A DNA stretch of 64,000 nucleotides from Oculina patagonica. Taxonomy: Eukaryota. Both the position numbers and the translations under genes were made by a program. Positions 25,995-38,860 of this stretch are shown here, in pieces; the stretch's first letter is position 1; each line of letters begins with the position of its first letter. Location: the NCBI RefSeq assembly GCF_052425735.1, contig NC_135767.1:18042001-18106000 (forward strand), read 5' to 3'. Below the pieces are notes generated by a model that ran no database searches, had not been told where the DNA came from, and saw nothing but the letters and a program-made list of their open reading frames with translations.

Positions 25995-26186
25995 CAGTCT
26001 ACTCCCACCTTATGGGCATCTTGCTATTATGGAAATCCTGTTGTTACAGATACATTGTACATGTAGGAGTTGAAGTCCCAGAGAATGAAAACTGCAACGA
26101 CCCCTGCTAAGCCTATTGCAGAATTTTTGTCATTGCAGGGACCAAACTTTAGTCCACAAGGTGTCCATTATAGTGGAAGTTGACTG
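25995..26186. mobile_element. Degenerate Tc1/mariner-type MITE nested in the CACTA element
   Basis: TA-CAGTCTACTCCCAC...GTGGAAGTTGACTG-TA. Confidence 0.7.
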
Positions 26187-26334
26187 TACAGTGTAGTACC
26201 TTACACATAAAATGTGTGACAACTTAAAACTGTTTAGCTAACAATAATATTATTTTCAATAAAAGCTCATTTTGTAAATCTGCAGTGTACAGGTTTTTAA
26301 TTTTTTTTAATTTTTGATACAATGCATCTGCTAA

Positions 26335-26851
26335 AGGTCTCCGCACATGTGAGGACAAGACACAGGGACATGTTTCAGCAATATGTAGCAGCGGCAAATA
26401 GCAGGGACCTGTTGTGGGGACATGTAGGCAGTAGCAGCAACAAAATAAAATGTGTACACACAGGTAACTGTAGCGGGGACATACTTCAGGGACATGTCAC
26501 AGTGACACGTTCCCTCATGTGTGCTGAAAGCTTTTGGCATGTGCAACACAAATTCCTGCAACATGTTGTATGAAGTTTAACAAGTTGAATTCCGTGCAAC
26601 ATGTCCCAGGGACAAAACAGCTGCAAAGTACATGTATGTGTTGTCCATGCCAAAAATTATCAGCACACACGAGGGGGCCTGTCTCTGGAACATGTCCCGC
26701 TACATTTCCTTGCGTGTGTGCACAATGTGATTTTGTTGCTGCTACATGTCCCCGCTTCACGTCCCCTCAGTGTGAACAATACATTATTATGTCGCTGCTA
26801 CATGTCGCTGCAACTTGTTCCTGCGACATGTCCCCATGTGTGCAGAGACCT
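26335..26851. mobile_element. PIF/Harbinger-type MITE nested in the CACTA element
   Basis: TAA-AGGTCTCCGCACA...TGTGCAGAGACCT-TAA; internally palindromic with repeated ACATGT. Confidence 0.85.
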
Positions 26852-27124
26852 TAAAACTAATGTATTGCCAGTTTTCTGGTACTGGTAATCCCTCTTGCAT
26901 TTTTTTTTTTCTGTGGTTAGCTTTTACTCAGGTTTGCTTGCAGTTACATGAAGCTTCCACTCTGGTTTGCTCGCAGTTATATTTATTTGCTTTTTGGGGC
27001 AATACTATATATAGAAATTCACTGTACATAATTTGCTGTAGTGTAAAAATACTTAAATATCGTAACAACAGGGACTTCTACATGTACACACTGTTCAGAG
27101 ACTAAGTTCTGGCATATTTGACTA

Positions 27125-27621
27125 CCGTAAATGATCTAATAAACGCCCTCTCTCAAATAAATGCCTCGTATCTAATAAACGCTCCCCCTAAGGTATAAAG
27201 TTTGTATTAGACGCCTCTCTCTAATAAACGCCCCGTGTCTAATAGATGCCCCCTCCAAAGATCGCCTCAGAAACCAAGGTAACGCTCCATAGAGTAAAAT
27301 CACGCAATTTATTTAGGTTTTTGCTTGATTCGAACATCGAAGAGGCCCACGAGACCAACATGGTTGACCCCGATGTCGGTGAAAACATCGATATCGAATA
27401 TGAACGGCATCTCCAAGCTTTGTATTAGCGCAGAATAGATAAGACTCCTACTCACAAACTCTGTTTTCTGTTTTACTCCGCGCCGGCAAACTTCGTGTCT
27501 TATTTGTTTTGTAGACGTTGTTTCAGTTAATTTGAAATAAACGTCTCATATCTATTTAACGCCCCCTGTAGGACACCTAAAATTTAATAGACGCCCCGGG
27601 CGTTTATTAGATCATTTACGG
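27125..27621. mobile_element. Tc1/mariner (pogo-like) MITE nested in the CACTA element
   Basis: TA-CCGTAAATGATCTAATAAACGCCC...GGGCGTTTATTAGATCATTTACGG-TA perfect 24-bp TIR; internal TCTAATAAACGCC repeats. Confidence 0.92.
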
Positions 27622-30215
27622 TATATTAAATTTTTGTTTAGTAAGTTTATCTTGTTATTACATGTACTACATGTAAGCGGTTTACATTTAGTTTAATTTG
27701 GTCAATTGTATATAGTAAGGGGACTTATCTTTTGTTTTGTTTGTTGTTGTTTTTTACAGAGAGCTGCTTCAATTGATGATGTTCTTGCCATTTTTGTGCA
27801 ACCACAAATTGTTGCCATTGGAAGTTTTGACTTGGACAAATTCTTTCTTGTGTGCAAAGGAGTGGTATACAGCATTTTAAACCAGAGCATTGTGTGATTC
27901 AAGCCAAAGCAAATAAAAACAATATTGCATTTTACAAAGAAACATGTAGTATGCTTGCAGTGAGTAAAGCCTTTCAACAGCTCTAGTATCATGTAATAAA
28001 AAGTACAAAGCTGCAATGATTGTGTGCAAGTAAAATACCACAATGACTCCTATCTTGAAGACCTGTGCTTAGTACATGAGTGGTCACTACAATTTATAGA
28101 CAGGAAAATAAAACCTTTAGGACTGATTTGGTCACAAAAAGTGTGCTATTTTTGTCCCTAGCTATTAGTTGGAATTGGCTCCTGTAAGAGTTACTATGGT
28201 GACTTTAGTGGTCATTATGACAGCCATTTCAGCATGCACATTCATAACCATCGACTATGATAGCAAGTACCATTGCAGCTACTGCTGGTGCTGATTCAGA
28301 TCTGACGGTAAGATGTGTTCAAGCTAAGCATGAGCCAAAACTACTACAAAATGAGTGTCATTTTAACTGCTTTCTGTGGGTTAGAAACGGCTCCTATGAG
28401 GGCTATTTAAGAATAGCAGTATTCGTTTCGGCCCCTAAGTTAGGGCCAATTCAGATCTTTTAAAGTCCAAAATAGCACCACAGTTTTCCAAAATGGCCCT
28501 TCTTTTGGGTCATTTAAACTCCGCAAAAAGGGCCGCTTCAGCCCTTTGTAATTGGTCCAAAAAAGCTCTGTTATAAAAGGGCTAAAAGAGCCCTAAAAAA
28601 GGTACCGTATTTTACTCACCGTTTCGGCCCTATTTTTGGGGCCGAAACAGATCTTTTGAATTAACAGTGTAATTGTTTTCTACCTCAAGTTGTTGCATAT
28701 GACTAGTTTAAAAGCTTCTTAAATAGTAATATTAATTAAAGGAAAACGAGATATACAGCTTTTGCCCAAACCGGTAGGAAATATCATTTATCTATTTTGA
28801 GCCTGTTTCGCAACCTTCTCTTTTTGGCAAAAATTTAGGAAATAAAAAAAATGGAAAAGGAAAATTAAATGCACCTTTTTTTACATCACACCTTAGTAAT
28901 AAGTTAAGACGGATAATACGGATGCAGCGCCATCACTCTAAGAGAATAAAGCTTTCACAATAAAGCTTTGATAGTATATAATTCGTGCAAAACTGTTTCC
29001 CTTGAGGTCAGCAAGATTTATTACGATGTGGAATTGACGTCATGATCCGCCAAATAAGATTTCTTAATTTCTCACTTTTTAGAACCACCAAAACAGTAGT
29101 CAAAAAAGTAGTAAAAAAGGCTAAAATGATCTAAAATATGTTAAAGTAACCACAAGAAGGGTAAAATTTGCATTACAAACAGGAAAATGCCAAACTCTGA
29201 GAGATAAAAACAGCGCCTGTCGAAAACATGGCTTCAAGGTAACATCAAGTTCCGAATTGTTGTCAGATAGGGTTCAGATTAAGCAACGGAACTTTCCGGT
29301 ATTTTTTAGTCGCTAGATGTAATATCAGGACCTTTTAAACACGCAATACTTAATCTAGAAAACGGCACGTCCCAATTTTTTTCTCACTGCTTATGGGTCC
29401 AACTAAATTTTCAGTCACACAAAAACGTTAAAAAGAACCTGGGTGATACGTTAACTAAATATTTTTCGATCCCGAGCTATAAAGGACTTCTACGACATAT
29501 AATTTTTAAATTGAAGACGGGAGTCGTCTTCGTTTTAAGGAATTAGATTTCATCCAAGTAGATTACGCACAGACTCGTCTTTTGTTTCTTTTGTATTATG
29601 ATTTTGCTGCCAACTTCACTTAATTTATCAACACATTTATGACGGACGATTTCACATAGAAAAGATTAATTAATTACGTGCAGGTTACATAATGTAAATA
29701 ATCTGATAAACCAGATTTAATTTGTTGCTTACTGTATATTGCCGTAATAGGCCTTCAGAAACCACGACATGTCCATGAAAACATAAAACATAAGTAAAAA
29801 ACGAAATGAAATGTCCTTCTTTGTTTCATATAAGATTTTTTTTTGGAATATCAGATCATTCTTTAAATAAAACGTAATTTTGTTTTAAAATATTCTTAAG
29901 ATGGAAGTACGACAGTTAATTCACGAAATTATTAAAGAAAAGTCAGGAATGAAGTCTTGTAAATGCACTTTGAAAATCGCTGACCCAAGAGCTATTACTG
30001 TACTACTTGACCCCTACATACATAATATGTGTGTATTTCGATGTAAGATTACCTGCTAACTCTCTATATATACCTGTTTGCAATTTTTGTAATAAAGTTT
30101 AATAATAAAGTGAACTGGATTTTGACTAAATCTGTTTAAACTGTGTTTGCTAACACTAGAAAATACCTCAGATTTTGTTACAATGATATGCTTGGAATTT
30201 TTCCCAAAAACTATG

Positions 30216-31157
30216 TCAACTGCTACTAAAGAAACTACATGGGTGTGTTACCATATCCCTCACTGCTTGTCTTACACCGTTTATCTTCCAACAGTAAAGA
30301 ATCGGGTTAAGAGATGAGTTTAATAATACAAGAGTTATTGTAAGTCTAACTGCAAGATTAAACGATGGTAAATATCCACCAGCAAGCGCTATAGCGACAA
30401 CGACGCCATAAGGAAGATAGCAAGCTACGAGTGCAAACTGGACGTACAATGCTGTGGAAACTGTCCTTCTGTATCGTGCTATATTCAGAGGATTCGTTCT
30501 CCCTTGGTTGGATTGTCCTTGTTGAACAATGTCTTGCACTGCATAGTGTTGGCGAAGTGTTACATAAATCTTTAAATAACAGAACGCCGAGATTGCTAGA
30601 GAAGAATAAATTACCACAGAAATTACCCTTGAAATTAGAAAGTAATGCCAAAACCTCCTTAAACTGTTGGTGGAAATGTTAAAAATCCAAATGAAAATCA
30701 CCACAAAGCGTGTTCGTCTCAAAGTCACTGTTTGTCTGTATCTTAATCCTAAACGAAGAGCAAGAAGTCTGTCCACGCTTATTGCCGTTAGCGTAAGCAA
30801 GGATACTCCGCTAAAACTTGAACCAGCGATTTCGTTGATGCTTACAACAGCGAAACAAAGATGTGGTTGTTCATATGTTGTAGAGATTAGCTGAATGACA
30901 AATACAGGTTGTGCCAAAACTCCTACACAAAGATCCGTGACTGCTAGGCACTGGAACATGAGCTTTGACGGCGGATGAAGGGAAGACGACTTTCGAAGAG
31001 CAGCAAGGATCAGAGCGTTTCCTAGAGTTGCTGTAATGGCGAGAATAATGTTAATTGCTGCTAGTGAGTGTATAAAGTGATTTCCATATTGGGACGGTGT
31101 GCAAGCTAATGCTTGTATTATTTCATAGATTTCATCCTTGGTGAAGTTAGTCGACAT
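30216..31157 (-). CDS. GB2: intronless class A orphan GPCR, 313 aa, paralog of GB1
   Basis: Intact ORF; first ATG at 31157 (the track start at 31163 is GTG); all 7TM motifs present. Confidence 0.95.
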   Translation of the reverse strand: MSTNFTKDEIYEIIQALACTPSQYGNHFIHSLAAINIILAITATLGNALILAALRKSSSLHPPSKLMFQCLAVTDLCVGVLAQPVFVIQLISTTYEQPHLCFAVVSINEIAGSSFSGVSLLTLTAISVDRLLALRLGLRYRQTVTLRRTRFVVIFIWIFNISTNSLRRFWHYFLISRVISVVIYSSLAISAFCYLKIYVTLRQHYAVQDIVQQGQSNQGRTNPLNIARYRRTVSTALYVQFALVACYLPYGVVVAIALAGGYLPSFNLAVRLTITLVLLNSSLNPILYCWKINGVRQAVRDMVTHPCSFFSSS

Positions 31158-33802
31158 TGTCACTGAGAGTAGAAAAACTTTTAAGGTGACCCAAACTTAC
31201 GCTTTGCTTATTAACCAGATATTTGCTTCATCGACTTTGCTTTGTCTTCTTTTTGTTCCGAACGTGATAAGAAAAAGATAATTATGCTAAATATTTGTGA
31301 GTTTCCTATTTATACAGCTGTCTTTATGAGTGATATGACGTTTAATTGTGAAATACGTAATCAGTACTCTCTACTCAAACAGACTATTAGTTTTTTCATA
31401 GCATTTTAACAACGAGTATATATCATGAATAAGGCCGAAAACGATAATTTAATGTAAAATAGAGTTCGCGGACAACTTTCTTTCTCACTCAATAGCAATT
31501 AAAATTGGAATTCAATTCGCATGTTAAGTAGGCAATTATTTTAAATCCGGTTTTGGTTGATCTTATTTTGTGATTTGTACTGAAAATATAATCTGAATTT
31601 TGAAAGGTTATTTTTTTCAACTGTTATCACGCCAAAAAAATTCTTTCAAACTTATAATAGTTTATTTTTTTGTCGATCTGTGCGATTGAGCCGCCAGTTC
31701 CAACTGAACTTAAAAACTGTTGAACCATTCTTTAATTTTCGATAGATTTGCCTGACGGGATAATTTGGGAAAAAAGGCTTATTGCACGCGATGTTGAAAT
31801 AGAGATAGGTCAAAACAAATGTAAATTTTTACCCTTCCTAAAAGATATAACACCTTTGGCCTAACAAAAGATCATCTTAGGAGTCTTAATCCATCAGAGT
31901 GTTTCTCATATTTCCTAATGGCCTTTTAGGGAAGTCTTTATGTTAAGTTAATTTTCGTTTTTTCCTCCGAAAGAAAATGTCAACAATAGCTGTTCACCAC
32001 GACGCAAATAAAGATTTTAATATTTCATCTGGTTACCTTGACGTGAGTTTTACTTTGAATACATGTTTCGCCGCACGACTGAATTCTCTAAGCTTGTTTT
32101 CACACAGCGTCATCAAAACTCTTAATTTAAACTTATGGATCCTGACAGGCTGTTGCTTTGGAATATTCTCGACATCAGTTTCACTAGTTTATTGGAAGAG
32201 TTTTGCTTTAGCAGAGTGTTTTGAAATTTGAGATAGCCTTATGCGAAGTGATCTGAAAAGTTACAGAAACCTATATTTTTGCAATTAAAATACTTTCAGT
32301 TATGCTTATTCCGAGTTAAAAATTATAACTAAAATTTCCCAACACAATGTTTCATGTCAATGGTGGCAAATTACTGTCTTATTATTGGGGCGGACCCATA
32401 CTAAGTTCTGCAATTTTCCAACCATTTTGTTTTTTCCACTTAAACTGGGCCACTTGAAACAAAATTAACCAAATAAAACGTTAATGTCCAATTCCCTCTA
32501 TGGCGCGCCTGCAGAGAATCATGGTAATTGTATTCATCGTTGCTAAGTTCGATGCTAAGTCTCGCGCATGGTTTGATAAATAAGCTACCATGATTCCCTG
32601 CAGGCGCACGCCATGGAGGGATTCGGACATTAAGAAAAAAGTATAGTGACTTTTTCCATAAAACGAACCAATATCGTTAAAGAATACAAACAATAGTTCT
32701 GAAATAAAATTTGAAAACCCAACGTAGTTGAGGAGGATGCGGACCTCTTGAGAAACTTTGTAACGTTTTGATTGGTTGGCTTCGATCTTAACTTTTGTGC
32801 AGTTTTCGACTGTTCTGCTTTTACAATCGAAATTTTTTTCGAGTAAAAAAAATAATTATGATACTTTAGCGCCAAGGATGAGATCTATAGCGGGTATACA
32901 GTGTAGTGGAGTCGAAAGTGTACAAATTCAAAATCAGTAAAACAGACTTTCCATCTCCAAATTTGAAGAAGTGTAACTTCAAAACGATTAAAGCTATAAT
33001 AATCAAACGTAGAGACTTTTCCTAAAACTATTCTCAAAATTTTGACGCTAGTTTCATGTTTAATCATAAGTAGTTCTATGTTTTGTTATGACATTTGTAT
33101 TAATTTTACACTTAACTTAGAAACATTTTATCATATTGGACGTACCGGATATTTAATACCAATTTGAGTTTAATGCAAAATTCCAAGAAGGCAAATTTTT
33201 AATTTGTAATCATATCTCTGTTATTTTATTATTTTTCTTAATAAGGGACTTGCTACTAACTTTTATTTCAAGGATATTTAATCAAATGTAATATAAAGTT
33301 TAAAAAAATCAAAAATGGCGAACTCAAGATGGCGGCTCTTTCAATATTAACGACGTCATAATGACGTCAGTATTGTTATTGTTGGTTTTGACAACAAAAG
33401 ATTAATATTTTTTAGACACAAGAATCTTATGATACAAGAGCCCGTTAAAGGGTTGTGGATATTCATTCAATCATAATGGAAATATCGGTGAATACTAGTT
33501 CAGCCAAATAAAATCATAAATGACGTCATATTACGTAAAAATGGCACCAAAGCATCTAGAGTTGTAAGAATTACTGTCTTCATCATCTTATGTAAATTTG
33601 GTGACCATAGAATCAACTCTTTTAAAGTTACAGAGAGAAGAAAGCTTCAGAAGCCCTCCGGGCCCAGAATGATAAAAAGTCGCGGATTGGATTGGATTAA
33701 TTACTTCTTTGACCATTGTACACATCCCGGGGGTACTCCATATAGTGGTCTATACAGGGAGGCTCCGCCCAAAAGGGGTTCCATTTTCAGGTTGCAGGTA
33801 TA

Positions 33803-34211
33803 TAGAGGATATTACATGTGGGGAAAAATTTATCTTCGAGTATCAAATCGATATCTCACGAGTGAGGTGAGAGTGGATATTGAACACGAGAAGATATCCA
33901 TATCTCCAAAATATTTTTTTATTATATAATTACTAATTACGATTTTTTGACGATTTTCCGAAGATTTCCGACCATTTTTAATCGAAATTTTCAAAATGTT
34001 GTCCGAAGGTGTACGATGTTCCGAACATTCCGACTACCGATCGAAATTGCAGAGGAAGATCCGACGATGTTCGACTTAATATCGATTTTTTGCAGCGTTG
34101 CAGGAGAAATGTTCCGAATGATATCTTAGTGTAAATGTTATTTTCACTGTGAAGATATGATTTTTTCGTGCGAAAGATTTCCTGGTATTTCACTGATGTT
34201 TATATAATAAA
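33803..34211. mobile_element. Unclassified ~400 bp interspersed element
   Basis: Interrupts AGGTATATA|AAAAGGTGATG, which is contiguous in copy 1 at ~19811-19830; related TTTCCGAAG-rich sequence at ~62125-62505. Confidence 0.7.
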
Positions 34212-34797
34212 TAAAAAGGTGATGTATTCACAAGTTGGAGTATAGAAAAGGATAGGGAAGACTGACAGTTAACTATTTTAAAAAACTTCTCAGAATATCT
34301 CGAACAGACCCGTCGGACGTATCTCGAACAGTATCCCTACTGAAGGTATGTCACGGCTGTGTCATTTTCACTCGAAGGTATATGACAAGGTTAACTTACT
34401 TTTAGTATCAGTATCAATAATGGTTAAAAAAAAGGTAATGGTTTGGACTTCGAAGCGAAGTCTATCCGTATAAAATGTTTTTGAGTAACTCACCCCCCGG
34501 CCGGTGGTACACATTAGAAAAAAATCAAGTTCAATTCAAGGCAATCTGCTACTTTATATATAGCAGCTTACAATGAATTTCTTTAAATAGTTCGAGGGAA
34601 TTAACTGGATTTTTACAGAAAAACTGTTTTAACTTTGCTTAAATACTGGAAAATACATTAAAAAGAGTTTTGCTATGACCCACATGCAATGAAATGACTT
34701 CACCTGTTTAACATTTCTCAAATAACATAACCTAGACTCTTTAAAATGCATAATGCTACGAAATATATTTTCGGTATTTTTTGAATTCAAAATGATG

Positions 34798-35737
34798 TCA
34801 GCTACAATTACAGTAAATACAACACTGTCTTATTGTGTCCTTCACTGCTTGTCTTACACCTCTGATCTTCCAACAGTAAAGAATCGGGTTCAAAGATGAG
34901 TTAAAGAATACAAAAGTTATTGTTAGTCTAACTGCAAAGTTAAACGATGGAGAGTAGCCACTGGCGTGCGCCATAGCGACAACTACAGCATAAGGAAGAT
35001 AACAAGCTACGAGTGCTAACTGGACGTACAGCGCTGTGGATACTGTTTTTCTATATCGTGCTATGTTAAGAGGATTATTCCCTGAGGTCTGGTGGGCTTT
35101 GCTTGACAATACCTTGCATTGCATTGTGATGACGACGAAGTGCCAGATAGATCTTTAAGTAAGAGAAAGCTGATATTGCCAGAGAAGAATAAATTAACAC
35201 AGAAACCACATTGGAAATTAAAACGTGCTTCCAAAACCGCCTCATGCTACAAATGGCAATGTTTAGAACCCAGAACAAAATCAGTAATAAACGAGTTCGC
35301 CTCAAAGTTATTGTTTGTTTGTAACGTAATCCCAAAAGCAAAGCAAGAAGTCTGTCCACGCTTATTGCAGTTAAAGTGAACAGAGACACTCCGCTGAAAC
35401 TCCCACCAGCGACTTCGTTGATGCTCACAACAGTATAACAAAGTTGTACTCTTTTTTGTGTTATGGACATCAGCTGAATGACAAATACAGGTTGTGCTAA
35501 AACACCAACGCATAGATCCGTGACTGCTAGGCACTGGAACATGAGCTTTGACGGCGGATGAAGTGAAGACTCCTTTCGAAGAGCAGCAAGGATAAGAGCA
35601 TTTCCTATAGTTGAAGTAATGGCAAAAAGAATATTTACAGCTGTTAGTGTGTGAATAAAGTTATTTCCGTACAGGGACGATGTACAAGCTACTGCTTGTA
35701 TTGCTTCGTAGATTCCATCCTTGGTAAAGTTCTGCAT
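34798..35737 (-). pseudogene. G6: class A GPCR with a single frameshift in intracellular loop 3 (pseudogene or assembly error)
   Basis: TM1-5 lie in ORF 35075..35737 and TM6-7 in ORF 34798..35124; ~2-nt loss near 35080-35083 relative to paralogs (AGG-G-AAT-AAT-CCT). Confidence 0.8.
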
Positions 35738-36094
35738 TGTTCTTGAAAGTATAGAACTTTAGGGTAACCCGGATCGATGTCCTTATAAACAAGATATGTG
35801 CTTCATAGGTTTTGCCTCATCGGTTTGTTTACAAAGAGAAAAGGCCAATATTGCAAACGACATGCTTAATATATGTAAGATTAATATCTGTTTACAAAAC
35901 TGTCACCATGACTGACAATGGTGTTTAATTGAAAAATAGAAAATTGCTCTTTACATAAACATACCATTGAGTTTTTTTTTAACTTTTCACAAACAAGTCT
36001 ATATAAAATACGGCCAAAATGATAATTAAATGTTAATTTCAGTTTTTTATTTCACAATACGATAGCAATTCGGCCTCGTGACGCAGAAATGGCG

Positions 36095-36545
36095 AGAAAA
36101 ACTTTTAAGGCTGCGAGTGAGCATGTAAAGTGATTTCCCTACAGGCACGATGTGAAAGCTTATGCTTAAACTGTTTCGTATATTCTGTCCTTGGTAACGC
36201 TCGCCATTGTTGTTGAACGTATAAAACTGTATAGAAACCCAGATCGATGTCCTTATGAACATAATGTTTGCTTCGTCGGTTTTGCCTCGTCATCGTTTTA
36301 TTTACAAAGAGAAAAGACCTGTATTACAAACGATATGCTTAATATTCATTATTTGTGAGTTATCTGTTTACCCAACCGTCACGTAAATAACAATTGTGTT
36401 TAATTAAAAAATACAAAATTACTCCGCTTTATTCAAACAAACAATTTAGTTTGTTTCATAACTTTTCAAAAATAAGTCTATAATTAATAACGCCGAAGAT
36501 GATCATTAGAGTGTTCGCGGAATTTCCTTTCACAATACGATAGTT
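36095..36545 (-). pseudogene. GPCR relic 1: upstream region plus degenerate first ~30 codons
   Basis: 36120-36300 aligns to the G6 5' region 35645-35830 (GATTTCCCTACAGGCACGATG..., GATCGATGTCCTTAT...). Confidence 0.75.
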
Positions 36546-36564
36546 TTCTAGAGACGCACTAATG

Positions 36565-37620
36565 ACAAAAAGAACGTTTGGCTGCTTGTGAACGTGTGAA
36601 GTGATTTCCCTATAGGCACGATGTACAAGCTATTATGCTTTAGTTATTTCGTAGACTCCATTCTTGGTAAGTTGGCAAAGTTGTTGAAATTATAAAACTT
36701 CAGGGTAGTCCAGAACGATTTACTTATTTACCAGATATTTGCTTCATCGTTTTTACCTCGTCATCGTTGTGTTCCGAAAGAGAAAAGATCAACTGTATTG
36801 AGTAATTCATATATTTACTCAGCTGCATCGATGATTGACATGACGTTTAATTGAAAATTACGAATGTATTCTATACTTAAAGCTTTTAAAGAATAAGTAC
36901 ATATCATGAATAAGGTCTAAGATAACCATTAAATGTAAAAAAAGGAATCGCCAGCAATTTTCTTTCACAATATGATAGCAACATAAATTAGAGTTTAATT
37001 GGCATTTTAATTTTGCAATTTTCTTTAAATATGGTTTGTTGTTTTCTGATTTTTGCTGAAATGTAAGCTTAATGTTTGAAGGTTCTTTATTATTCTGTAA
37101 ACACGTCAAAAAAAACTAAACCCCAACCTTATTATTGTTTAATTTTGCCTACATGTATTATTGAGTTTAGTTCTAATTGAAAATGAAAATTGTTGAACCT
37201 TTTTTTTTTGTTTTTTTCGATAGAGTTGGCCGGAGAGATTAGAAAAAAGGGCTTACTACTCGCAATATTAAAATAGAGATACGTCGAAAGATATGTAATT
37301 TTCTAACCATCCTATACAAGACATACACCTCTGACCTAGCAAAACATACGTTTAGGAGTCTTGACCGATTAAACTAATATTCTTAAATGGCTTTTTTGTT
37401 ATGTTTGTTATGTTAATGTTAAGTCATTTCTTCCGAAAGACAAGGTCCATATTGGCTGTTTTCCACGAAACAATTTTAAGATTTAGATGTTTTTTATATT
37501 TCTTCTGTTTCGCTAATTCGAAAATTTTAGTTTCAACTCATGTTTTGCCTTAAGAATTCTCTACAGATCGTTTACACGTGACGTCATCAAAATCCTAAAT
37601 TAAAAAAAATTGATCTTGTT
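36565..37620 (-). pseudogene. GPCR relic 2: ~1 kb upstream region plus degenerate first ~30 codons
   Basis: GTGATTTCCCTATAGGCACGATGTACAAGCT...TTCTTGGTAAG matches paralog N-termini; 36730-37620 is collinear with the upstream regions of GB1, GB2, G7 and G8. Confidence 0.75.
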
Positions 37621-38339
37621 GTTCCTTTTGTATGCTCTCGACATTCGTGTCACGGGAAAAAGGAAATTTGTCGATTTAAGAATGAAGTGTTCAAAATGAC
37701 ACACCTCAGTGAGACAACAACAAAACTTTATAGCGAGTTAGCATGAAAACCGCTTTACAAAATGTCTCCCTCGTGCCACGAGGCCGAGCTCGTCGCGTGA
37801 CTAGTTTATCACGTGATAACGGTCACGCTGTCACGTCACACACTTGGTAGAATGTGAAATATGGAGAAAAAAAAAAGAGAATGTTGATGGGCAAAAAGGG
37901 AAACATTTGTTTGCCATGGGGAGCTGATTTAGCACAAGCGCTAATATAAAGGGGCGAGCATTCAAACAGTATCAACAACAGGGAGTCAGGATGACAAATG
38001 AAGCCAAGTCTCAATCAAATAATGTTAGTCACTGGGTTCCTTGTAATAATTGAGAAACATCCTTGCAAATTGAAGTGGAACAGAGGTTCATAGCAATCTG
38101 AGTTTTAATTTTTGCGATGACTTGTCCCAATACGTTTATCTATAGATCTGTTTTTTTTTTTATTTGTTGCTTACCTCTGAAGTGCATTACGTTCGCCGAT
38201 CCCGTCACGTTTATAAAAGTACTGTATTGCGCGTGAGCCGAACGGCTTCTACCGCATGTTCATCACATTACAGGCTCATGTGGCATGTTAACTCTTAAAC
38301 TCTTTATTTTCATAGTCATATCTAAATCCTAATTCTACA

Positions 38340-38860
38340 AGTCTGTTTATAAAACTCTAGAGTGTGAACGTTAAAATGAAAGCAATTGAACGATACTTCC
38401 GGTTTTTCTGTTGCAGATGACACTCTTTTCTGTAAATATAAATAAATAAATTTGAAGCTAAAAGTTGCAAAAACCGAAGCCATTCATTCACCTAGTGCTC
38501 TTTATCTTATACAAAGTAAATCTAACTTTTCAAATTTGCAGTAAAAACCCTAGTCTAGTTTGTGAAGCCGTGAGGTTCAAATGAAAGCTATTGAGCAGGG
38601 TTTTTTTGAATTAAGTGCTGTTTCTTATGTATATGCTATAAAAAATGTATTTATTAAGTCCACTGATGAAACCCAAGCCGGTGTGTGATCATCGATCTAT
38701 TAAATAAATTGCCACTGTTTGGTGGAGCAGTACATGCATTTGGTATTGTTTTTTTTTACTGTACAAGGTAGCTCAAACCTTGCGTGTGGGTGAAATCCTT
38801 GTGTGTGACCATTAAAATGAAAGCTGTTAAGTTGTAATTTCACGCAGTGCTCTATGCTGT
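38340..38860 (+). repeat. Degenerate satellite-like tandem repeat
   Basis: Recurring (AAA.CCT..)GTGTG..CATT.AAATGAAAGC.ATTGA.C..TACTT motif, about 4-5 degenerate units. Confidence 0.65.

Larger units (their letters stand above)
22649..28669 (+). mobile_element. 6.0 kb non-autonomous CACTA/EnSpm-type DNA transposon
   Basis: 25-bp perfect TIR CACTGTTAATTCAAAAGATCTGTTT (35 bp with 2 mismatches); 2-bp TA duplication; many (A/G)GCCCC / GGGC(C/T) subterminal motifs; empty site visible in the adjacent tandem copy at ~22450; no transposase ORF. Confidence 0.88.
19841..34231. repeat. Copy 2 of the segmental duplication, expanded to ~14.4 kb by insertions
   Basis: Same order GA-intergenic-GB-upstream as 12659..19837; extra DNA at 22649-28669, ~28670-29220, ~32575-33198 and ~33803-34211. 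Confidence 0.9.

Noticed and set aside
26322-26888. Cys/His-rich overlapping ORFs
   Set aside because: They lie within a palindromic TAA-flanked MITE rich in ACATGT; no signal peptide or regular Cys pattern.
37648-38210. Solo LTR (TGTCACGGGA...TCCCGTCACG)
   Set aside because: The terminal CA is imperfect, and no target-site duplication or PBS/PPT is visible.
38660-38700. Hammerhead ribozyme cores (CTGATGA here, and at ~14347 and ~47206)
   Set aside because: No stem II followed by GAAA and no closing stems could be found by eye.
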